64,000 bases of DNA, taken from contig CP158635.1 in the NCBI GenBank assembly GCA_050273025.1, positions 7,564,001 to 7,628,000 on the forward strand. The letters are read 5' to 3'. This DNA is from Cenococcum geophilum (lineage: Eukaryota). Of this stretch, positions 41,003 to 53,190 are shown piece after piece; position 1 is the stretch's first letter; every line of letters begins with the position of its first letter. The position numbers and the translations under genes are program-made. Below the pieces are notes generated by a model, which saw nothing but the letters and a program-made list of their open reading frames with translations, ran no database searches and was not told where the DNA came from.

Positions 41003-42900
41003 AAAGCTTTATAGGTAGTTATGTAGAGGCTTTAAAGGCTCAATTTATATATTATAATAGTAAGCGCCTAGGTGCTCTTTCGCTTTAGATAAGGGGATAG
41101 GGGGTTGTTAAAAAGGAGTAGTTGCTAAAGAGTGGCTGTTTAGAAAAGGGTGCTCGCACTTAGTCTACTTAATATCTCTTCCTATAACCTTGTCTAATAT
41201 TTTTAGTCCTTAGGTTTAATAGGATTTAACTCTTTTAGCCTACCTATATTCTAATTAACCTTCTAATTACTTATTTCCCGTGCGTTTTTTATACTATGTC
41301 CTATTTATAAAGACCTAATTAGAAATGTAATTGGAATAGCTTTGCTTTAGTTTATTTACTAAAAAGAGGTTACTATTTAGGATTTTTAGAGTATTTTAAA
41401 TCCTAAAATTATATTTAGAAGATTCTAATTCGGTTATATGCGGTCGTCTATAACTAGTCCCACCTCTTTTATTAAAAGATATAAAATATAAGTTTTTATA
41501 GTAGCTATAAAATGTAATTACTATTAAACAGTCTATTTCCCAACGTCTCTAGTTATATTAATTTGTCGCCTAGCAAATCTATAAGATAAAGATTAATAGA
41601 TAGCTTAGTACTTTGAGAAATATCTACGTTATTATTACTACTACGATATCCAGTACGGAGTCCTATACTTAGATAGCCTACGTTATATAATGATTCTTTA
41701 TAACTATATCTGTTATTAATAAAACTGCCATCCATAAAACTATCCGTCTTAAGTTCCTATATAAGTTTAAGGTTCTATAGGTAGTAGTTCTTAGCCCGTC
41801 CAAATATTGTAGCTTAAGAGAAAGAGTAAGTAAAAGTTTTACTAAATATACTAAGGATTGTAAGTATAAAGTTGAAGTATTTCTTTAATAGCAGCCCTTC
41901 TATATAATTTATAGACTAGTTTTTACTATATAGGATTAGGTTTAGGAGAAGAGAACTAATAAAAAAATTTAGCTCTTTATCTCGCGCTAAACCAACTCCT
42001 TAGATTTTAAATTCTTATAATTTTTATAATTCTTATATACAGAATAGAGGATCTTCCTATATTTAATTAGCTAGAATCTAATTTATAATTTTTTTTAGAG
42101 GACTCTGCCTATATATAATATATTTACTTTATAGCAAGCTAGGGTAGCAAAGGAGTAACAATTATATACTCTATACCTCTGTAGAGGTAGAGAACTTTAT
42201 AAGTAGCTTAGCGAGAAGTTTTATAGATAAAGCTTTAGGGCAAACCGTATATAGAGCTCTATATAAATAGAGCACGTAGTATACCTAGGGGTTAGAGGTC
42301 CTAAGGAGGTCTTCCCCCTATATACTATAAGGCTCTATTTAGAGCTTTACTAAGCTATATATAAGGCCTTATTAAAGAACTTAGAGGTATATTTTAGTAT
42401 AAATATATAACTAGTATAGGAGTTTTATATTAACTACCTTCTACCCTATTCTTCTTAAGTGCTTAGATAAATATAATTTATTAACCAACGCATTTATATT
42501 GTCTTCCCTTTAAGGATAAACTCGATATAATAGGTAAGATATTCGTAACGCTTTTCTCTCTCGCTTTAAAGCTTAGTAACCTTCTTTTTAAGCTTCTTTA
42601 CTAAATCTAAAACTTTAATATAATTCCTTTTAAACTTCGCTCTTATAGACCCAATCCACTGCCCTAGATTATCCTGCTTACTAATAGAAAGTCTTATTTC
42701 CTTTTCTAATTCTAGATTAAAGATACGGCGTTTTATACTAAGGTAGTCTTCCACGCGCTAGATATTATCTTCTTCTATCTTTTATATATTTTTTCTTATT
42801 TCTAAAAGTTGATTTCAAATAGGGCTGATATTTATATTTGGCGTATTTATATTAAAAGGCGATTTAGTTAATATAACTTTTATAATAGCACTAGAATATA
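41003..42900 (-). pseudogene. RIP-degraded ORF relic, unknown product, coiled-coil-like segment
   Basis: ORF fragments 42566-42754 and 41553-41735 lie on the same strand and are flanked by RIP-type stops. Confidence 0.3.
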
Positions 42901-43022
42901 ATATCTTAAAGATATAAAGAGTAGAGAATGAAATTAATGGACGTTTTTAAAAAAAATAATCTATAAACACTTAGCTTTAAAGCTTTTTAATAGACTAAAA
43001 ATAAAAATAATGTATATATATA

Positions 43023-46000
43023 TATATAATTACAGCACGTAGTATACCAAACGCGTTGTTACACGTTTAGTGCACCAACTACTTATATACTAACTAATTA
43101 GGGGGAAGCGCGTCAGTATATAGACTACGTAGTCTACCTTAATAGAATTAATAATTACTACTATCTAAAAGAGCATACGATACTATACGTATTTCGTGCC
43201 CCTAGATATAGCTTACTTGTATTATTAAATTAATATAAACACTAATTAGTAAGCGCGCACAGATTAGCAATTACTTAACACCTCTCCCCAAGCAATATAT
43301 AATAGCGACTACCCGTTTAATCCTAGTACGACCTGCTAGAAGGTTGGAAGTTGGGGATTACAGACCATATTACCATCTCTGTATACTTATTTAAGTCTTA
43401 GTATAGTTTACTAGAAGTTTATAAATATAAATATAGACCTTCACGGAACCTCTTACCCTCCTACAAACTATTACGGAACTATTAATTGCCTTTACGGACT
43501 ATTAAAAGACCTTTTAAACTATTACGGACCCGTTAATTGATTTTACGGACCGTTATAAAACCTCCTCCACCCGCTATAAGCTACTACTACCCGTTATAGC
43601 TTATATGGACATACTACGCTATATAATATAGTAGATATAAGCAAGTAAATTAACGAAGGTTAAAAGAAGTGGAGTTAAGGAGTCGACCTTATGTCTGCAA
43701 ATACTATTAACGACTATATTAATTTCAAAATCCTTAAATACGGACACTTTAAGCTTCTAAATAATAATCTATGGGAATAATATAAGGAAGACTTTGCGGA
43801 CTTTACGGAAGCTATCTTTAAGGCTTATAACTTTATAGCTACCCGTAACCTATAAACCCTCTTATATTACTAAGGTATATGGGTTAAAAAGAATAGATAA
43901 GTTACTATTGCACGGCCTCTATATAATATACTACGTAAGGAGGACTAAACGGAATAGACTAAAGAGCAGATTCTAGATTATATTAAAACTAGCGGACTCT
44001 TTGCCTCTTTTAAACTAAATAGGATCTCCGGTTTTATAGACGACCTATTTAACTAAATTTGTCCTATAGACTAAAGAGATCTTAAAATTAATCTTATGGG
44101 CTAAAGTATACCTAGCACTTAAGTTATAGACCGTAATACCCTTATAAACTAAAATACGGACTAAAGCCCTTCTGTCGCTTAAGTTATAGATCTGTAAACT
44201 ACTTAAGTAAAGACCTATAGTAAGGAGCTAGCTAACCTAGCTAAGCTCTATACTGACGAATCTAAATATAGCGGTAAAAATAATAACTTTAACTTTAAAC
44301 TAACTATCTTTACGGACCTTTATTAGAAGGCTAATATTCCTAAATAGGAGTTTAACTAAGCCTACTCTACTATACTGCGCGGCCTAGCCCTTAACCACTA
44401 TTACACTAACATTAAGAGTAACCCCCTTAGTGTCCCCTTTAATAAGCTATATAAGGCTATACGTAACTACTTTAAAGGCCTAGAATATAAGCGTAATATC
44501 CTTACCTAATAGAATGCGATTAAGTTACGGATTATAATTAATAAGAATACTAAAAAGTTAATTATAGAGTGCTTGCAAATTCTTATTAAAGACCTCTAGC
44601 ACCTACAGCACAGCTTTAATGTTAAGCTTTAAATAGACGACTTCTTATATAACAAACTTATTACAATTTACTAGGAAGTAGAGCCCTGTAAATATGCCTA
44701 TTATAAGCCTACAGATACCTTAGCTGGCCTTATTAATAATTTATGGTCCTTTATTATAACGTACGAAGTTTTAAACCCACTAGGTAGTACTTAAGCCTTT
44801 ATTATAGACCTATAAAACCCATAAGCTAACTTAAATGCCTACTTTATAGACCGCCGCTACCGCTAGCAGTACCTATACCGACTAAGTCCTACCTGTAACC
44901 CCCGTAGTAACTCCTATATAAAAGTATACCCCTATAAATAAACTAGCTAGAAGTGCTTTGTGTGCGGTAAGGAAGGATATTAGTCTATAAGGCATACCTA
45001 GGAAGAGTGTAATAAGTCTAAGAAGAGATTTAATAGCCGGATTAACTAGTTTATCTTAGACTATAAAGGAAAGGAAGCGGAAGAGTCTCTTAACGAGTTA
45101 ATAGAAGCCCTTATAATTAACTTTAACTTAAACACTTAGGAATAGGAGACCTTAGAGACGTTCCTAACTGCTTTTAGACCTTTTATAGACGGCTAAGCCT
45201 TTAATATTACGACCGTATTAGCCAACCGCTCCTTTATACACTTAATCGCACCTAAAAACTAGCCCATAAGTATACTTATTAGATCTATTATAGACGTTAC
45301 AGACCGCAAATAAGACCTATTTGCATATATTACTACAGAACGCTATACCCCTAAAGAATTCTATAGCGTTATAATTGATATAGGTGCCTCTAAGAAGTCT
45401 ACTATAGGTTACGGATAATACCTTATATATAAGACCACCATAAATAATAATATAGATATTAATACTATGTAAACTAGGGCCGTAAATGTCTAATTTGGCA
45501 TCGGCTCAACCGCATTAATTAGATTAGTTATAGTTAAGACCCTAATTAGCCTAGTTAACTTCCACGTAGTAAAAGCGGACACCCCTTTTCTACTCTGTCT
45601 TATAGATATAGATAGGTTATGGGTTTACTATAACAATGTTACGGACACCTTAATTGGCCCCGTAACTGCCCTAAGAAATAAGTACATTACCCCATCAACC
45701 GCATAATAATTTAGACACCCGTTCCTTATATAGGGAAAGACTTTATAGACCTATATTTAGGAATCTTTTAACTATAACCCGTGCTACCTTACTAGTACTA
45801 AATCTACCGCCTATACCGCCGTTTCGGCCACCCGTTAGCCGAAAAGCTGTATAGAGTCCTTAAACGCTCTGGACATAACAACGTTAATAAGAAGGTAATT
45901 AACCACCTAACTAAATACTATTCCTTCTGCTAGAAATATAGACGTTCCCTAAGCCGATTTAAGTTCACCCTTTATAAGGATTTTAATTTTAATTACTTAG

Positions 46001-49000
46001 TATATATAGGTATTATATACATTAACGGCAGCTTAGTATTATATATAATTAACGAGGTAACCCGCTATTAAGCCGCCCGTTAATTGTAAAATATATTTAT
46101 AAAATATACTTGGGATATTTTACGGACCTGCTAGATTAACATATACGTTAGACCCCCTAAGTATATTACCTATAACGCCGGTAGGAACTTTATTAGTAAG
46201 GAATTCTAATAGTATGCTACGGCTATGGCTATTTTAATAAAAGCCGTGCTAGTTAAGGCGCACTAGTCCGTTAGGCTTATTAAGTAAGCTTACCTAGCTT
46301 TATAGAGAGCTTATTAGATTATTACGGATAAGTATAAGGATATTTAAAGGGAACTAGCTTTATAGATGGCCGTAAAAGCCGTTAATAACACTGCTGGCCC
46401 TAATAGACTAGTACCTACCCTCTTAGTTTACGGAGCTTACCTAAGGATAAGCAACCTAGGCCCTCCTACCCTATCTATTATAGAATAAGTAGCTACAATA
46501 TGGAAGGTAATGGCCAAAATAGTTAAATTATAGGCTAAATAAGCTGTTAATAATGCCTTATATTACCGCAACGAACCTAATATAACCTTAGTTTATAACC
46601 TCCCGCTTAATTCTAAAGTCCTTATATAGTGTAAGAGTGGCAACTAAACTAGACCTTATTGTTTACTAGCTATAGAAGACGAAACGTACTGTATATAACT
46701 TCCTAGTAGACTAACTAACTTTAGAAACACGTCCGTAAAACCCTACCTTTGGTCCAAAAATGCCTATACTATTGAACTAGATAATCTAGAAGCACCCACT
46801 AAACCAGATAAACTAGAAGTACCTTTGCCTACTTTAGAAGTCCCTTAAAACCGTATTAAACCTGCTATAAAGCGTAGTTAAGGACGCCCCTAAAGCACTT
46901 TATAACTAAGAACCCCGTAATAGAGAATTACCTAACCTTTATAGGTATATCCGTAAGGCAAATTCTACCTATAGATATATTAGTTTTAGTATAGGAAACA
47001 CTTTTTACGGACTTACGACGTAAGGAGATTAATAAACTACTTAAAAAGGGTGTTTTTACAGCTGTAATAGAGAGAGACGTTCCGCAAGGCGTCTGTATAT
47101 TTAACTTACGCTTTATTAATAAAATTAAGCACCCTAGTATTAATAAAGCCTTTAAAAAATTAAGGCTTGTTATATAAGCTTATAATAGCTAGAGAAAAGA
47201 CTTAGTCCTTATATAATCGCCTATAATTTAATAGGTTAGTTAATGGATTATATTTATACTTACGCCTAGACTATAGCAAACTAAACCTATAGCCCTCTAC
47301 TTATAGGACATCTCGTAAGCTTATATATAGTCTAATACCTACCTAAGTAGAAACATCTTTATACGACCATCCCTTAAGCTTAATTTATAACTAGGAATAA
47401 TTTTACGGGTTATAAAACCCCTTTACAAAGTACTAAAAGCTAAAAACCACTAGTTTAAAACATATTATTAGTATTACGTTAGTAAACTTAATATAGAATA
47501 GTTAACCTATAACCCCTGCCTCCTATATACCCTATTAAACGGCCTTAGTATTATTGGACTTTAAACAGATAATACCCTCTTTTTAGCGAACTAGACTTTT
47601 GCGAATACTAAAGAGACTAAACTATAAAAGGCTAGGTTTCTAGCAAAGCTATAAGAGTAGTTAACTAAGCAGACTCTAATTAAGTTTAACGGAGGTTTAA
47701 TTACATAAAAGGGCAATCTAATTTAGCTAACTTAGAAACGCTAATCTTAAAACCTAAGGCTTATTATAGTAAAGCCTATAAACCTTACTAGCTCCCGCGG
47801 AGAGACCCGTAAGACTATAAATATAAAGAACTAATACGTTGCATAGCGTGTAAGAGGCGCCTATATTACTATAGTTTGTTAACCTAAATCTACCTATAAT
47901 TTATTCTTTGCGGCCCAGGTAATAGATCTATAAGAGGAAAATATTAAGCAGCTAAATAAGCGTATTTAGTAGTAAATTAATAATATAATAAGAGGACTTA
48001 CTTTTAAACCACTAGACCTAAATTTCCTTAGCGTACTAGTATTTATAGACGCCTCCTTTACTAATAACAGGGACCTATTATCGCAAATCGGCTTTGTAAT
48101 TATACTTACGGACTATAATTAGGATATAAATATACTCTACTAGTCTTTAATTAAATATAAACGAGTAACCCGCAGTATACTAGCTTCTAAGCTATATGCA
48201 CTAGCTTATGGCTTTAATATAGGAGCCGTAATTAAGTTAATAACCTAGAAGATCCTATAACTGGAGCAATTACCCCTAGTCCTATGCACTGATTTAAAGT
48301 CCCTCTATGACTATATAGTTAAACTAGGCATAATATAAGAGAAGAGGCTTATAGTTAACCTAATGTACTTACGTTAGGCCTATAAACAACGTGAGATTAT
48401 AGAGGTTAAATAGATTAGCAGCGGAGATAACCTAGCGGATGCTATAATTAAGGCAAAGCCGTGCTAAGCTTTTAAACCCCTAATTAACATAAATAAGCTT
48501 AATCTAAAGGTTATAGAATAGGTGGAATGAGACTAATGGAGCACTTATGGTTTATTTACGGCCCGTTAGAAGGCCGTATAGTTTATTTATAGTCTGTTAA
48601 AAGGCTATACGATTTATTTTACGGGCCGTAAGTAGGACTTACGGCTAGCTTAAAGCACCGTTTAGAAGGCAGCCTAAAAGGCACCTTAGGAGGGATTTCC
48701 TATGTATTTCTTTTATGTTTTACGGTTCTAATAAGGTAATTACGGAGGCTATATACAAGTGGGTCTATCTTTAAGTGCCGCCAGTGTATAATTATAGCAC
48801 GTGGTATACCAAACGCGTTGTTACGCGTTTGGTGCACCAACTACTTATATACTAACTAATTAGGGGGAGGCGCGTTAGTATATAGACTACGTAGTCTACC
48901 TTAATAGAATTGACAGTCACCACTATCTAAAAGAGCATACGATACTATATATATTTTGTGCCCCTGGATATAGCTAACTTGTATTATTAAATTAATACAA

Positions 49001-49003
49001 ACA
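43023..49003 (+). mobile_element. Ty1/Copia LTR retrotransposon (Copia-A), RIP-inactivated
   Basis: 219-bp LTRs 43023-43241 and 48785-49003. TSD atata. Domain order: knuckle KCFVCGKEG (44951), protease IIDIGA (~45370), integrase RRFGHP (~45818), RT (~47160-47580), RNase H VFIDASF (~48038). Confidence 0.95.
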
Positions 49004-49078
49004 ATATATAATAGTTATTTATAATTAGTACAAAACTCTAACTATTTTAATCTAAGTTTTAAAATATAATCTAGCGCC

Positions 49079-49480
49079 TATAACGGCTCGTATAAATACC
49101 TCTAAGGTAAAGCTTATAGATTGCTATAATACAAATATACTAAGCTAAGAAGAAGAAAAAAAAAAGGAGAAGGTTGTTAAAGGTAGCGTTACAGCTTAAA
49201 TAAATGCCTCTAAAGTAAAGCCTAAACGAATGCTATATTATAAAAATACTAAGCTAAGAAAAAGAAAAGGGGTATTTTAGGGCCGACGTAAATAAATATA
49301 TAGGCTAACCGCCAAGGCGCTAGTTGGTAGAATATGGCAGTATTATGGCAGAATTTGGCAAGTAACGCCCCCCTAGTACTATTATAGGTAGTATAATTAA
49401 ATATTTTAAGACGCTAGTCGTAAGCGAGCTAATAGTAAAATAACGGAATATAGCAGAAATACGGTCCTAGCGCCGCCACA
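49079..49480 (-). mobile_element. Solo LTR interrupted by a related solo LTR
   Basis: tataacggc...gccgccaca with TSD gcgcc/gcgct. Confidence 0.8.
49187..49386 (-). mobile_element. Solo LTR (same family as 29130-29352)
   Basis: TSD ggtag at 49182-49186 and 49387-49391. Its reverse complement aligns with 29130-29352. Confidence 0.88.
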
Positions 49481-49893
49481 GCGCTATCTAGTTAGGATTC
49501 CACCTAATTAAAGTAAAGCCTTTATTTAGTCCAACTTTATACCTTATACTTCTAAGTTTTATTAGGAGTTACTAGTTATAAAGTCTAGATTTTTAATCTC
49601 CTGCTATAACTATAGTAAGCCGCATAACACAATAGTGAAATTTAATTTACAATATAAATTAACTAAATTATACTTAAACTTGACTAGTAAAATAGTTTTA
49701 TAACCCTAAATAAATTATCACTATAACGCTACTATATAGTAGGAACGTGCACATTTATAAAAGCTTTCAACTTATATATTACTAGCTATCTCTATTCTTA
49801 TATTATACGTATATAAAATTGAATTATATAATACTATAAATTAATCCTCCTCTTACTAGCCTTAAATAGTTATAGTACAGCATCTATTATACA

Positions 49894-51500
49894 CTATTGT
49901 ACCTCTACTTTACAGCCTTCCGTAGCGGATACTACTAAAGTTATTATCTGCTATTCTACTTCTGTTAATTCTATAATCGCACTATTAGGTAACTTAATTG
50001 TCTAAACTCTCTAAATAATTCATATAACTACATAGGCGGCTTTTATAAGCGTAAAATTAACTATAAAAGAAAGTATAAATTAATATTAGGAAGTAATCTT
50101 AGCTTAACTAACAGTAAAGGGCGCTTACTTCCTAGATATATCCTTAGACCACTATTATATGGTAAATAACCCCATTTTACGTCGGTTCTGTTATAGTTTA
50201 GTAGCATATCTTTATCCCATCTTTTAGGACAATAGAGCTTAGCGTCTATCTTATAAAGGTTGGGTCGTTTATATATTATATAGACACTATATACTATAGC
50301 CGTTCCCTTAGGAATTAAAACAGGAGAAGTTCTATTAAGGCTGCTGCCTATAGGTAATATAGTGGTTCTTAAAGCTATATAGGTATTTATAGGAACGGAA
50401 GGATAGAGTTAAAGAGCTACGTTCTTTAGTAACATTCTATAGATTAACAATTAGAGAACTTACTCTCTTTTAAGACATTTTAAAGATATTCTATATTCCA
50501 GAAGTCTATGCGGTATAACTTTATACTGCTATTATACGCAGCAGCCATTTCTACTCTTAGTTTAGTAAGAACATTTAGATATTAGATAAGGAGAAAGCTA
50601 TATAAAAAATTAGGAGTGGAAAAGGCAAAGTATTACGCCGTATTAGGAGTACACTCACAATGTCTATAAGAGAAGGTAGGCCGTAGTGCCTCTTTTTATA
50701 GTTAGAATATTAATTATCTAACCCCTTAATACTATACGGTTAGGGGCATTCTAGATAAAGGAGTCTAAAAAGATATATTTTTACCCCTTATCCTCTTATA
50801 TATCTCGCGAGAGGTTATAATCTATAATCTAGTCCGTAAAATAATAGACCTTATTACAAGCGTCCTAGAACTTTTTTCCTCTAATAAGCTAGTAGAGATC
50901 TAGGAGCTAAAACCTCTTTACCATATACGCCTTTACTATATTAAAGATATTAGCAAATATCTACTCCCCGGTCAATTCTAGAGCTTTTAGGCTTTTTACT
51001 AACTCTCTAAAAAGAAACTTAGTTGTTATATCTAGGGTTAAACGGAAGAAAAGAGGTTATAAGTTAACAACGCTGTCTTTTTAAGAGATAATATTAATAA
51101 GGTTATTAATAGCTTCTTAGAATACTTTTAGGTTATTATACTACTTATAATAAAACTGCGGCTTTAGTAATTCTCGTAAATACTTCTACAGTGCGCCTTT
51201 CTAAGTAAAGATACCATCCCTAAATATAGGGAGTATAATTTATTACCGCGCTCCTATACCCTAGTCTAAATAAAATTAGTAGTAAGTAGGTAAGAGATAA
51301 TTTTTAAGACTTTATATAGACCTTTAAAGTTAGTAGATAGGATAGCCTTAAGGTTAGCTAGGTCTATGGTGCCAAACGCTTATATACTAAGGAAGACTTA
51401 CTTAAGCGTATTTCCTATTTAGCAAAAATAGAAAGAAAAAACAGTTCTATTAATTAAGACTCTATATTAGCTTTAAAGACTTACTTTAGGCGGTTAATAC
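49894..51500 (-). pseudogene. Cytochrome P450 (CYP52-clan-like), intron-containing RIP pseudogene
   Basis: RGTTAYLL (I-helix RDTTA), LYPSVPINT..ALRTTILP.G, PKRW (PERF) and GYLPYNSGLRIYLG (heme motif GPRICLG) followed by a gtaag intron. The start is approximate. Confidence 0.88.
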
Positions 51501-51589
51501 CTAGTAGCCTTTAGTTTTAAAGTCTTAGAGATAGAAGACACCTATAGCGCTTACTAATAACCCTATTGGCCTTTAGTCTAATTAGTAGG

Positions 51590-52230
51590 TTCTCTGCACG
51601 AAGTTCTACACGAGGCTCTGCACGAAGTTCTACACGAAGCTCTGCACGAAGCTCTGCACGAAGCTCTGCACGAAGCTCTGCACGAAGCTCTGCACGAGGC
51701 TCTACACAAGGCTCTACATAAAGCTCTGCGTACAGAGGCTCTGCACAAGGCTCTGCGCGAAGCTCTGCGTACGGAGGCTCTACACGAAGCTCTGCGTACG
51801 GAGGCTCTACACGAAGCTCCGCATCGGGTCCCCGCTATATTCCCGATAGCCTCTACACGTGCCTCTGCCAAGTATACCCCCTATATACACCTAGGTAGCC
51901 ACATCATTTTTTACCCTTCCTTACATCCTCCCTACCTAGGAAGACACCAGAACGACAGCCAGCAGACGACCGTCGCCGGAGCTAGACGACCGTCAGAGCC
52001 AGACGACCGTCGTCAGAGCTAGACGACCGTCGCCGGAGCCAGATGACCGTCGCCAGAGCTAGACGACCGTCGTCATCGCCACACGACCGTCGCCAGAGCC
52101 ACACGACAACCGTTCGAACGACCAGCCAGCGAACACGATAAACGATTCGATCAATCGATCGAATTAAGGTGACATAGACAGGTAGGCACAGACAGGTAGG
52201 CACAGATAGGTAGGCATAGACAGATAGACA

Positions 52231-52272
<42 letters not shown>

Positions 52273-52742
52273 TAGGCAGGCAGGTAGAAGAGAACCGTCG
52301 CTATATATTAAATTATCTAAAATAATATAATTTATTTTGCACTAACTGTATAAACTAAGTAAATACTATTAAGTGTATAGGAAGAGCAAGATATATAAAA
52401 TGCGCGAAGAGGGCATTATATATAGAATATATAAGGAGGGCATTATATATTAATTGCGCATTAAGTGCAAAATGCGTAATTAGCTGCACTGTATTATTAA
52501 ATATAGCAGTATGCCGCACTATATTATTAAATATAGTAATATACCGCACTACATTATTAAATATAGCAGTATGCCGCACTATATTGTTAAATGCAGCAGT
52601 ATACCGCACTGCATTGTTAAATACAGCAGTATGCCGCACCTTAGTTAATACTATACGCTACACATTATAGTGCGCAGAATGCGCATTTGGCCGCCAAATG
52701 CTGCCAAATGCTGCAAAAATGCTAGTAAATTTTTTCCTAACG
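51590..52742 (-). mobile_element. CATCAGG-family element, copy 3, truncated at one end
   Basis: Reverse-oriented core (tgcacgaagctc)n, linker, (gacgaccgtcgccagag)n, (GGCA)n. 30-bp arm repeats 52490-52640. End aaattttttcctaacg|ta. Confidence 0.8.
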
Positions 52743-53190
52743 TATATATTAATTTTATTATTATTTAGCAGATCCTTATTATATCTATCCTTCTATAAAA
52801 GTAACCCGGGCGTTATTACTATAATACGGTACGTAAAGTAGGTGCTTAAGGAGGTACCGGCTATTTATACTAGTTGGTTCCCCTTAGGAGAACTATCTTC
52901 CTTTTATTTAACTATTTTCTGCTAAAGTACCTTTTCTATTTCTAACACTATTGCACTTTTTATACCCTATAGTAATTTAATTTCTATAGTTTTATACTTA
53001 TAGTTTAGGTAGTAAATTTAGAGCTTACCTGAAATAACTTTTAATTCTCTTTTATTAAAGCCGATAGTATTTAAGGTATGGCGAATTTTAAAGTTTATAA
53101 GTATTTCTCCGCTAACCTAAACTAATTCTTTATATACTATAGACTGTAAGACCCCTTTAGGGTTACTCTTTCCTTATTTTAAAAAATAAC

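Noticed and set aside
29130..49386. ~200-bp inverted repeats as TIRs of a large DNA transposon
   Set aside because: Each copy has its own 5-bp TSD and LTR-type ends, so they are independent solo LTRs.
51890..51940. GT...AG intron-like stretch in the conserved linker, suggesting a spliced gene
   Set aside because: Copy 2 has deletions across the putative donor region and no protein family is recognisable.
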